In this document: positions 51,781 through 61,397 of the stretch, one piece after another | Layout of the letters: each line of letters starts with the position of its first letter | How positions within the stretch are numbered: the stretch's first letter is position 1 | NCBI GenBank assembly: GCA_963719315.1 | Contig: CAVRBU010000004.1 | Location: 352,001 to 416,000 of the forward strand | DNA: 64,000 nucleotides | From: an uncultured Planctomycetota bacterium | GTDB lineage: Bacteria; Planctomycetota; Planctomycetia; Pirellulales; Lacipirellulaceae | Direction: 5' to 3' | Position numbers and translations under genes: made by a program | Notes under the pieces: model-generated | The model's database searches: none | The model's input: only the letters and a program-made list of their open reading frames with translations | What the model was told of the DNA's origin: nothing

Positions 51781-54700
51781 TCAGCGGCCATTTCGGCCGC
51801 CTAGCAAAACGAGCGCAATGCCGATTCCCAGCATGGACCACGTCGCCGGCTCGGGCACGGCGGCCGATAACGAGGCGCCGGTTGCGAATGCTTGGCCGAA
51901 ATGAATTCGCCACGTTTCGTAGTCGGCCGGTGTATATGTGGTGCCCAAGCCTTTTCGCCAGACGACGTAGTCGGCCGCATCGACTCGGCCATCGTCATTG
52001 AAGTCGCCCAGGGCCTGTACCACCAGATCGACGGATGTATTCGTTGCGTTGTTAATCAGGCTGTAAGCGAAACCGGGCGGGGTGATCCCGAATGAGATGT
52101 TGCCGAGATTGCCATTGAGCGTTCCCGAGTAATCGATGAGGGCGTAGGTGCCGCCGGTCATGCTGCCGGCGTTCGTGAGATTCAGTGTTCCACCGTTGAT
52201 CGTCAGACCGTTCGTCGCGGTGACGTTGATCAGGTCGCTGGAATCTACATCCAGGATGGTATCCAGTTCGAAGTCCAGGATCGAACCGGCGGCTAATGTC
52301 AGTGATCCGACGTCCAGTGACTCGAGGCTCGCGCCTGGAGCCATATGAGCGCCGGCGTTGACGGTGACAGCGCCTGCAATCGCGCCCGTTCCGCCGAGCG
52401 TGGCCCCGGAATTGACGACGACTGGCCCGGAGCCCGTGCCGCTGTTGGCAATGTTGTTCACCAGCAGTTTGCCGCTATTGATGATCGTGCCACCGCTATA
52501 GGTATTGGAACCGCTCAGCTCGAGCGTGCCGGCGCCGCTCTGCGCGACAGCGCCGGCGCCGCTGACAACGCCGGCAAAGGTCAAGTTGTCTGAGCGGTCG
52601 AAAGCGAGGGTGGCGTTGTTGAGAAAGTTGCCGGAAATCGCGCCGGTCGTGCCGCCGCCGCCGACTTGCAGCGTGCCGCCTACGATGGTCGTGCCACCGG
52701 AGTGCGCGATCGTTCCGGTGAGCACCAGTGTGCCTGAGAATTCTTTGAGCAGCGCGCCCGTGCCGTTGATGGCGCCGGGAAATGTCGAGAGGTGATCATT
52801 CGAAAACGTGAGCAGTCCACTGTTGGCGATAGCAGTCGCGCCAGGCCGCCGGTGTTGAGAGCGCCACCCCAGCCGATGCGCAGGCTCGAACCGCTGTCGA
52901 TCGTTGTGGTCCCGGTGTAGGTGTTGTTGGCGACGAAGACTTCGGTCTTTGCGCCGGAAATGAGGACGCTTCCGGCACCGGAAATGACGGTGGCGTTGGT
53001 TGTGTTCTGCGTCGGACCGCCGGCGGCGTGGTTAAACTCGAGCGTCGTGCCGGCGGCGAGCGAAATCGTCGGTAGCGTCGGCGGCAAACCGGCGTAGGCG
53101 ATCGGGTCGTAACCGGGCAGGAAGCCCATCGAGCCGCCATTGCCGACCTTCAAAGTGCCGCCACTGACCATTATGTTGCTGAGCCAGGAGCTGGATAGAC
53201 CGCTGCGCGGTGTCGATTGTACCAGGACCAGCGTACCGCCGCCGGTTTTGATTAGAGTGTTGGCCGCGGCGCCGCCGATCGTGCCGTCCAACGACGTAGT
53301 AATGCCCGCTGCGTTGTCAATGGTCGCATCGACGCTGTTGATGCTAACGGCACGCGTGGACGAGAAGCTGGCAGTGGCAGTGAGCGTTCCGCCGCCGAAT
53401 GTGACACCCCCGCCGCTGCCAAGGTTTGCATCCGCCGCGACAAGAAGCGTACCCTCATTGATGATTGTTCCACCACTGTACGAGTTGGCGGCACCTAGCA
53501 CGAGTGTACCCGCGCCGGTTTTGGTCAGCGAGCCTCCGCTGATTGCGCCGAGGATTCCATTGTTGACGTCGGTGTCGATCACCCCTCCGCCAGCGCCGAG
53601 CATGATCTGCCGCTGTGCGGTGAGTGTTAAATTGTTCTGATTGAAGCGTAGCGTCGCGCCGTTGTTGATGACGACGTTGACGGCGGGCGAGGCCGGGTTG
53701 GCGCCAGGGCGCCGCTGATGATCCCCAGCACGCCTGCATTGATCGTCGTGCCGCCGGTGTAGGAGTTATTCACGGCAAGATTGAGCGTGCCCGGGCCGTT
53801 CTTGACCAGCCCCGCGCTGCCGGCGACGTCGGAGCTGATCATGGCCGTGACACCGGCATCGGTGGTGATGGTCGGTCCGGTCAGCGTGAGCGTCGATCCG
53901 GCGATCGCGTAGCCGTTGGTTTTGAACGCGAGGCTATTCGCCGATTGCGGCGCGGATAGCGTTACCATGCCGGGCGTGCCCCAAAAGACGGCGTTATTGC
54001 CCGCGGCCCAGGGCTCGTTGGTCGTGCCGTTGTACCACTTGCCGGCGGAGGTGTCCCAGTTGCCGCTTCCGCCCAGGCCGCCACCGGTCGAGAGATTGTT
54101 GTTGGCGGCGTTGCCGTCGCTGTCCCAATAGCTGGTGGATGCGGAAAATGGCGCGCCGACGAACGGTGTTCCGTCGTTGTACTTGAACAGATCGCCCGTT
54201 CCACCTTCGAGATCGAACGTCAGTCGATATTTGTTAGCGCTAAGGTACGTGAGCGGTACGACTTCGACCTGCCCATCGTTGCGATTAAGGCGCTGCAGCG
54301 AGTTGATTGTGCTGGCGCCGAAGTCGAAATCGAGCGTGATCCGCTGCGTGCAGTCGGTCGCCAACAACGTGGGGTCCTGCAAATACGCGCCCAGTGCGTT
54401 GGTGACCATGAAATACGCCGTCCCCGCGGGGTCGCCGTACGAGGCCAACAACGGATTGAAGTATCCGATGTAAACGTCGCCCGGATTCCCGCCGTTCTTT
54501 GTCCCCAGGTTTTGGGCCGACACAGATGTCAGGTACCGCTGATTGGGCGGTGCGTGGTCCTTGTTGAACGTGAGCCAATCGATCGGCACGGCATTCGGAT
54601 TGCCGGAAGGGTCCTTTCCCAGCACGATATCTGGCCCGTATCCATAGCTGATGAGCTTCGTCAGTGCCGGGCCGAGGTTCTTGCTCTGACGGGACGTTTC

Positions 54701-55556
54701 CTTGAACTGATCGTAGGTCGGCTGGTGGGGGCTGTTGCCGTTGCCCGAATTGAACAGGTCGGTATTTCCGCCGCCGGCAGTGAAGGCATCCACAAACGTA
54801 TAGCCCAGCGTCCAGGCGGTGAACTGCTGCCAACGCATTTCGAGGTCGCCGGGGTCGCGAGCGCCGTCGCCGCCGTGATAGGTCTGAAGGTACAACCCAT
54901 ACGGCCGCGGCGACGTGCCGCCGGCGCCGATGTAGCTGCCCAGCGCCACGCGGCGGAACAGTTGCGCCTTACCCAGCCAGTTGTTCGGGTAGACCCCGGT
55001 CGTACCGAATGGATACGCGTCCCATGAAATGGCGTCGGGGTTCGCGCTGGCCACGAAATTGAAGTACGCATTGACGTTGCCGATGAACGTGGAATTGACG
55101 TAGAGCAGCTTGTCGGTGAAATAATTGCCGTTGTGGGCGGCGTCGAACCAGGCCTTGGTTGCGCCATTGGGGTTTTCAATATCCGTCTGCTGTTCGTCGC
55201 CGACCTGAATTGCGATCAGATCGGCGTAGTGGGCGGTTTCGGTGCTGTCGAGCGCGGTAGCCGGGCTACCGGTCTCCAGCACCCACTTGCCCCACTTTTG
55301 TCCGGCTGAAAGAACGCCGGGGTTCGACTGGCCGTGACTCCACATCACGGCGTTCATATTCGCGGCGGTGAAGTTGTTGTAGTTGAACGGGTACTGAAAC
55401 GAGTCGGTGTTCAGTCCCCAGATCTGCAACCCGTTGTTGACGAGGAGTTGGTGACCCTTATCGAGCGCGGCGATTTGCGCAGGCGAGCGGCGCTAAAACG
55501 CCGGCAACGGCTGTGGCAATCACGGCTTGGTGGAGTTTTGCTCGGACGCTTCTCAT
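51781..55556 (-). CDS. Giant surface protein: uncharacterised N-terminal domain, autotransporter-associated beta-strand repeats, dockerin-like module, PEP-CTERM; about three frameshifts
   Basis: Signal peptide MRSVRAKLHQAVIATAVAGVLA; repeats LxKxGxGTLxLxxxNxYxGGTxINxG; GDFNDDGRVDAADYVVWRK; VPEPATW; ORFs 53627..55429, 52680..53603 and 51781..52725 abut. Confidence 0.75.
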
Positions 55557-55816
55557 CAAATGAAAGATCGATTCAAGGGCGGCGCACGGTTCCGAGGCGC
55601 CGCCGCATGGAACGAATTTGCCGACTGGTGAGGAGTTCACCTGCTCGCCCCAGTTGTCCCTGCGGAACATCGCCGGGCCATCGGCTGCTGGGGCAAGTAT
55701 TTGGTATGGATTTTCCTCGATTTTCCACGCAAATGCTGCGGAGCACCGCCCGCATGCCGCCCCAACGTGCGATAATGAGATTGTAACCACAAACGATAAT
55801 TGCGGCACGAAATTCG

Positions 55817-57055
55817 ATGAAGTTCCAGTGGGTATTGAGCACGATTTTCGTTTTTGCGGCGGCTCGCGGGCTGGCAGCACCTCCGGCGGATCAGACGATG
55901 CCGGATTGGCGTCATCGTGCCAGCGAGATGGTGGATAAGGAAATCTTGGCGGCCGGTGTGAAGAACGAGCGGGTCGTCCGGGCGATGCGCAGCACGCCCC
56001 GGCATGAGTTCGTGCCCTCGAACGAGCGTGAGCGGGCCTACTTCGACATGGCCCTGCCAATCGGCAATGGGCAGACGATCTCGCCGCCGTTCGTGGTGGC
56101 CACGATGACCGAAGCGATCGATCCGCAGCCGGGTGACCGCGTGCTCGAAATCGGCACCGGCAGCGGATACCAGGCGGCCGTGTTGAGTCCGCTGGTCAGG
56201 GATGTGTACACAATCGAAATTGTGGACGACCTCAGCAAGCGTGCCACGCGAGTGCTGAAGCGGCTCCACTACGACAATGTCCACACACGCGCGGGCGACG
56301 GTTACAAAGGTTGGGCCGAGGCGGCGCCGTTCGACAAGATCATCGTCACTTGTTCGCCGGAAAAAGTACCGCAACCGCTTGTTGACCAACTGCGCGAAGG
56401 CGGCCTGATGGTCGTACCGGTCGGCGAGCGGTATCAGCAGACCTTGTACTTGATGCGGAAGACAAAGGGCGAGTTGAAATCGGAGGCATTGCGGGCGACG
56501 CTCTTCGTGCCGATGACCGGCGCGGCGGAAGAGCAGCGGAAAGTGAAACCCGATCCGGCCCATCCGCGACTGGTCAACGGCAGCTTCGAAGACGTGGCGA
56601 AAGACAAGGACGGCAAAGACGAGTTGGTCGGTTGGCACTATCAGCGACAACTAGAATTGAAATCGGATTCGACCACGCCCGCCGGCAAGCGGTTCGCCGA
56701 TTTCCACAACGTTGATGTCGGGCGCGGTTGCCACGCATTGCAGGGTTTCGCCGTTGATGGACGCCAAGTTTCCTCACTGGAACTGAAATTCTGGGTGCGA
56801 GGCGACAATATCCGGCCGGCAGTGGGGACGGCTGACTGGCCTCGGATGGTGGTCACTTTCTACGATGAGCGGCGGGCCACAGTCGGCGAGGAATCGGTGG
56901 GATCGTTTGCCGGCACCTTCGACTGGCGAGAGGAAACGGGCCGAATTCGTGTCCCCCTGAAAGCCCGCGAGGCCATTCTACGAATCGGGCTTTTGGGCGC
57001 GGTGGGCGAGCTATCATTCGACGATTTGCGGCTGCAAGTAGCTACAGCAAAATGA
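55817..57055 (+). CDS. pcm: Protein-L-isoaspartate O-methyltransferase with N-terminal signal peptide and C-terminal CBM-like domain
   Basis: PRHEFV, ALPIGNGQTISPP, VLEIGTGSGYQAA, GDGYKGW..APFDKI, FVPMTG; LVNGSFE..GW..GTFDW..SFDDL. Confidence 0.88.
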   Translation: MKFQWVLSTIFVFAAARGLAAPPADQTMPDWRHRASEMVDKEILAAGVKNERVVRAMRSTPRHEFVPSNERERAYFDMALPIGNGQTISPPFVVATMTEAIDPQPGDRVLEIGTGSGYQAAVLSPLVRDVYTIEIVDDLSKRATRVLKRLHYDNVHTRAGDGYKGWAEAAPFDKIIVTCSPEKVPQPLVDQLREGGLMVVPVGERYQQTLYLMRKTKGELKSEALRATLFVPMTGAAEEQRKVKPDPAHPRLVNGSFEDVAKDKDGKDELVGWHYQRQLELKSDSTTPAGKRFADFHNVDVGRGCHALQGFAVDGRQVSSLELKFWVRGDNIRPAVGTADWPRMVVTFYDERRATVGEESVGSFAGTFDWREETGRIRVPLKAREAILRIGLLGAVGELSFDDLRLQVATAK

Positions 57056-57324
57056 CTTGCCGCGATTGGCGATGGCGGAAAAATCGCCACCAAAGCGCCA
57101 AGTTTTTCGTCGAATACGCCAATCAAAATCCCAAGGCTCGCTAGCATTCTCCATTTGCCTGCGTCATCGCTCGAAACCCTACTGTCTACGAAGGCGGACA
57201 ATTTTCTCCAGCTTACTTGAATTATGCAGACGTGCTGTTATCCTAGACCCCAGGTTCGCGCTAGCGGACGCCATTGGAAGAACGGGTGTTCTTCGGTTCA
57301 CGGAAAATAGGAGGATTCTCACAC

Positions 57325-57921
57325 ATGTCTTTGAAAAAGAGTTTGTTCGCCGCTTTGGTCGCCGTTACCGCGCTATCGCTGACAGCGGACAGCAGCTACG
57401 GCTTCTTCGGCCGTCATGGTAGCTGCGGTTCTTGGGGCGGGTCGGGTGGTTCTTGGGGCGGCTCGCGCGGCTCCTGGGGCGGCGGTTCCTGTGGTTCTTG
57501 GGGTGGTTCCTACGGATCGGGTGGTTCTTGGGGAAGCTGCGGTAGCTGTGGTGGCTACTCGAGTGTTGGCAATGTGTACTACGGAGGATATTACGGAGGA
57601 TATGCTGTCAGCCGTCCTGTTACGACGACCGTCGTTGCCTCGACACCTGCTGTCAAAACTCGTTTGACGCTCCACGTGCCGGCCGATGCGAAAGTGACGC
57701 TGGCCGGTGTCGCGACGAAGCAGACCGGCGAAGTTCGTCAATTCGCCACCAGCCGTCTGGCCGCGGGTCAGAACTGGGACGACTACAAGGTCGTCGTCGA
57801 AACGACTCGCGGCGGCAAGACGTTGCGTGAAGAGCGGACGCTCAAGCTCACCGGTGGCCAGGACCAAGACTTGGCCGTGAACTTTGAGAACGACAGCAAT
57901 GCTCAGGTCGCGCAGCGTTAG
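57325..57921 (+). CDS. TIGR03000-type planctomycete secreted protein with Gly/Ser/Trp/Cys repeats
   Basis: aggagg RBS; signal peptide; GSCGSWGG repeats; C-terminal LTLHVPADAKVTLAG..TGEVRQFAT..Y.V..L..G. Confidence 0.85.
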   Translation: MSLKKSLFAALVAVTALSLTADSSYGFFGRHGSCGSWGGSGGSWGGSRGSWGGGSCGSWGGSYGSGGSWGSCGSCGGYSSVGNVYYGGYYGGYAVSRPVTTTVVASTPAVKTRLTLHVPADAKVTLAGVATKQTGEVRQFATSRLAAGQNWDDYKVVVETTRGGKTLREERTLKLTGGQDQDLAVNFENDSNAQVAQR

Positions 57922-57980
57922 TTTTGATGCTGGCATGCCGGCCATGAATCTGCCCGCACTGCCTCGAATTCGAAGTTTAC

Positions 57981-58018
57981 AGCCCTCGCTCCGGCGGCTA
58001 GTCGGTGCGAGGGCTTTT
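57981..58018 (+). terminator. Intrinsic terminator
   Basis: agccctcgc..gcgagggct followed by a T-run. Confidence 0.75.
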
Positions 58019-58090
58019 CATTTTGATGGCCACTGATTGATCTGGCCTCTTTTACCGCCCGATTGCTAGTATTCGGGGCCGCAGATCAAG

Positions 58091-58168
58091 GATCGGAGCC
58101 CGAAGCGCAAGCAAGGGAGTAATGCGACGCGGTTCGAAAGTCCCTTGCTTGCGCTGCGGGCTCCGATC
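58091..58168. repeat. Long REP-like inverted repeat
   Basis: gatcggagcccgaagcgcaagcaaggga / tcccttgcttgcgctgcgggctccgatc, 28-bp arms with one mismatch. Confidence 0.8.
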
Positions 58169-58189
58169 ATGGTCTTTGAAGGAAGCAAC

Positions 58190-58972
58190 ATGGTCGGAGC
58201 TCCCGTCAAACCAACCGCTCAGCCGATTCCGCCGCAGAAGTCGCGTCCGGCGGCGCCGCAGCGTGAAACCGGCGCGCTGCGCCGCAATGGCCGGCCGGGG
58301 CCGATCTTTCGTATCGCAGTCAGCCTGCTGATCGTGTGGCACTTTGCCGGCGTTTTTCTGGCTGGATTGGCCATTCCCGCGACGTCGCCGTTGGTGCTGA
58401 AGATCTCGCAGCAGGGGCCGATGCTGTGGTATCTCGACGCTTTGTATTTGAATCAACAACACTCGTTCTTTGCCCCCGACGTTGGGCCGGGCCACCTCAT
58501 TCGTTATCAACTCTTCGACCAGAGCGGGCGGGTGATGGAGCAGGGGGAGCTGCCGAATCGGAAGAACGAATGGCCGCGACTGTTTTACCATCGCCACATG
58601 ATGCTGGCCGACCAGTCGGAGTTTCCAATCGACGACAAGCAGTACCACGACTATTGGGAGAGGAAGTTCCTGGAGGCATATGCCGATCACTTGCTCCGCG
58701 TGAACGACAACGCCCAGAGCGTGCGATTGCAGCGGATTGCCCATCAGCCGTTGCCGCGCGACTTGGCGTTGCAGGGCAAGCAAATGACGGATCCTGAGTC
58801 GTACCAGTTGCTGATGGAAGTGACGCGTTCCCGGTCGCAACTCGTGCCACCGCCGCCGCCACCTTCTGCGCCGGCTGCCACTCCGCCGCCCGTCAATACG
58901 AACCAGAGTTTGAATTGGCAACGGGATCGCGCGAACGTTGCTAGCCGCTGGTCGGGAGGACCACTGCGATGA
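58190..58972 (+). CDS. Single-TM partner of the HTTM protein (DUF5819/SdpA-like)
   Basis: TM IAVSLLIVWHFAGVFLAGL; QQHSFFAPDVGP; WPRLFYHRH; overlaps next start (ATGA). Confidence 0.65.
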   Translation: MVGAPVKPTAQPIPPQKSRPAAPQRETGALRRNGRPGPIFRIAVSLLIVWHFAGVFLAGLAIPATSPLVLKISQQGPMLWYLDALYLNQQHSFFAPDVGPGHLIRYQLFDQSGRVMEQGELPNRKNEWPRLFYHRHMMLADQSEFPIDDKQYHDYWERKFLEAYADHLLRVNDNAQSVRLQRIAHQPLPRDLALQGKQMTDPESYQLLMEVTRSRSQLVPPPPPPSAPAATPPPVNTNQSLNWQRDRANVASRWSGGPLR

Positions 58973-59982
58973 TTGCCGCGGCACGCGATTACCTGTCTGA
59001 AGTTTGGGAAGCGTGGAACGAATTCTGGTTCACGCCCTCGAGCCCGACCACGCTGTCGGCTATTCGCGTGCTGGCCGGAGCGATGTTGCTCTACACGCAC
59101 CTGATCTGGTCATTCGGCCTGACCGATTTCTTCGGCGAGTATGGCTGGCTGCCGCAGCAGTTGATGCACGACGCACATCAATTCGTCAGTGATCCGGATG
59201 GTCCCGGTCCGGCTACCGGTTACGCTAATCTGGCCTGGTCGCACTTCAATTACGTCCACTCGCCCAAATTGATGTGGACCGTCCACATCGTTGCGCTCGT
59301 CGTCTTCTTCCTGCTGACGATCGGATTCTTCAGCCGCACGATGGCAATGCTGGGTTTCTTGTTTGCGGTATCGTACGCCAATCGCGTTTCGCCCGGTGCA
59401 TATTTCGGCCTCGATAAAATCAATTGCATGCTGGCGATGTACTTGATGGTGGGGCCGTGCGGAGCGCGGTATTCGCTCGATCGACTCTGGCGTCTCAGGC
59501 GTGGAAACACGGAAGTGCCGCCGACCTCTAGCGCGAACCTGGCGATCCGCCTGATCCAGGTCCATATGTGCATCATTTATTTCTTTTCGGGCGTGGCCAA
59601 AATTCAAGGCCCGCAATGGGTCATGGGTGAAGCGAGTTGGTTGTCGTTCGGCATGCTCGAATATCAATCGCTCGACATGACCTGGCTGGCGAGCCATCCG
59701 TACATCCTGAATTTCATGACGCACGCCACCGTGTTTTGGGAGCTGTCGTACTGTGCGCTCGTGTGGCCCGCGCTCACGCGGCCGTGGGTGCTACTGATGG
59801 CGATCTTCGTCCACGGCGGCATCATCATCGCGTTGGGGATGCCGACGTTCGGCCTCGTGATGCTGATCGGCAACCTGGCGTTCGTCTCGCCGAAGATGGT
59901 CCGCAAGGTGTTCGACCCGCTGGCCCGCCGCGTGTCGCTGGCCGTGGTGGGAAAGGCGACCAAAGCGGCGGCTGGGGAATGA
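58969..59982 (+). CDS. HTTM-domain membrane protein (vitamin-K-dependent carboxylase/SdpB-like)
   Basis: LSAIRVLAG, FGEYGWLP, IGFFSR, YSLD, IRLIQVHMCIIYFFSGVAKIQGPQW..GEA, WEL, HGGI..GMPTFGLVM. Confidence 0.8.
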   Translation: MIAAARDYLSEVWEAWNEFWFTPSSPTTLSAIRVLAGAMLLYTHLIWSFGLTDFFGEYGWLPQQLMHDAHQFVSDPDGPGPATGYANLAWSHFNYVHSPKLMWTVHIVALVVFFLLTIGFFSRTMAMLGFLFAVSYANRVSPGAYFGLDKINCMLAMYLMVGPCGARYSLDRLWRLRRGNTEVPPTSSANLAIRLIQVHMCIIYFFSGVAKIQGPQWVMGEASWLSFGMLEYQSLDMTWLASHPYILNFMTHATVFWELSYCALVWPALTRPWVLLMAIFVHGGIIIALGMPTFGLVMLIGNLAFVSPKMVRKVFDPLARRVSLAVVGKATKAAAGE

Positions 59983-60013
59983 GAGAGGCCCTCTCGCGCC
60001 GCGAGCGGTCTGG

Positions 60014-60131
60014 TGGTGTCCTAATCTGGCTCTGTTCTGACCGGTACTTTGTAGCACGGACTTCAGTCCGTACGAGAATCACGGACTGAAGTCCGTGCTA
60101 CAAGCTTGTTGTGCCGCAAATTAGGACACCA
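60014..60131. mobile_element. 118-bp MITE-like element enclosing a GTAG REP doublet (copy 2, intact ends)
   Basis: TIR tggtgtcctaat / attaggacacca; same core as 40307-40424. Confidence 0.85.
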
Positions 60132-60247
60132 TCAGCGGTCTACCCTCGTTGTCCGCCTGGCCGGTCGAAACTATACTGAATCGTCTGCCACATTCGTGGC
60201 TAAATACTTCCCGCCTCGTTACTTTTTCCCCTTTAGGAGATCTGTCC

Positions 60248-61266
60248 GTGTTCGATTCGATCGCCATCGTCGGCGCAACCGGCGCCGTGGGCCAGCTCAT
60301 TCGTTCGATGCTCGAGGAGCGGGAGTTCCCGTACGAGAAGATCACGTTTCTCGCCTCCGCTCGGAGCACGGCAATACGATTGAATTCAAGGGCGAAAAGC
60401 ACAAAGTTAAGGAGTTGAAGCCCGAGGCGTTCGAGGGCGTCGAACTGGCGATCGGGAGCACGCCGGACCCAGTGGCCAAAGACTTCGTGCCTTGGGCAGT
60501 GGAGCGGGGCTGCGTCGTGGTGGATGAGAGTGGTTACTGGCGAATGGACCCAAAGGTGCCGTTGGTGATTCCGGAAGTGAACCCCGACGCGGCTCAGAAT
60601 CATCAGGGCATTATTGCCAGCCCGAACTGTTCGACGACTCAAATGGTGGTGGCGCTCAAGCCGCTGCACGATGCGGGCCGCGTTCGGCGGGTCATTGTCA
60701 GCACGTATCAGGCCACGAGTGGTGCCGGCGTCGGCGGCCAGCGCGATCTGCTCAACGGCAGCCGTGCGGCGCTTGAAAACAGGGATCACAAGTACGAAGT
60801 GTTTTCCCACGCGATCGCGTTCAATCTCATTCCGCAGATCGGCTCGGCGAAGCACGCCGGCTACACCTCTGAAGAAATGAAGATGGTGCATGAGACGCAC
60901 AAGATTCTGGAAGATGACACGATTCGGGTCTGTCCGACTTGCGTTCGCGTGCCCGTTTCGAATTGCCACAGCGAGAGCATTCTGGTCGAAACCGAGCGAA
61001 AAATTGGCGTCGACGAGGCCCGCGAGTTGTTTGCATCGTTTCCGGGCATCAAGGTCATCGACGACCTGGCCAACGGCAAATACCCAAAGCCGAGCGATTG
61101 CGATGGGGACGATGGCGTGTTCATCGGCCGCATCCGCGAAGACCTCTCGTGCGACAACGGCTTGGCGTTCTGGTGTGTGAGCGACAACCTCCGCAAAGGC
61201 GCAGCAACGAACGCGGTGCAAATCGCGGAGTTGCTGGTGCGAACGCAGGCTGCCGTCGCGCGTTAA
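60248..61266 (+). CDS. asd: Aspartate-semialdehyde dehydrogenase; frameshift near 60360
   Basis: IAIVGATGAVG..FLASARS (60149 frame); PLVIPEVN, SPNCST, STYQATSGAG, TCVRVPV, DNLRKGAATNAVQIAE (60106 frame). Confidence 0.92.
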
Positions 61267-61302
61267 TGCTCGGCAATGGCTGCCCGAAATTAGTGCCACG
61301 CT

Positions 61303-61386
61303 GAATTTGTCATTGCAAATTTGTAATTTGTCATTGGCCATTTTCGGAAATGACCAATTTCAAATTACAAATGACCAATGACAAAT
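61303..61386. repeat. Inverted array of AT-rich heptamer repeats
   Basis: tttgtcattgcaaatttgtaatttgtcattggccat / atgaccaatttcaaattacaaatgaccaatgacaaa. Confidence 0.75.
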
Positions 61387-61397
61387 CCTTTTTTTCA

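Noticed and set aside
57418..57553. DNA tandem repeat ggttcttgggg as a possible array or contingency locus
   Set aside because: Explained by the GSWGG peptide repeat of the TIGR03000-type protein; third codon positions vary
60248..61266. asd as a pseudogene or programmed frameshift
   Set aside because: Normally essential gene with intact motifs on both sides and no slippery site; an indel error is more likely
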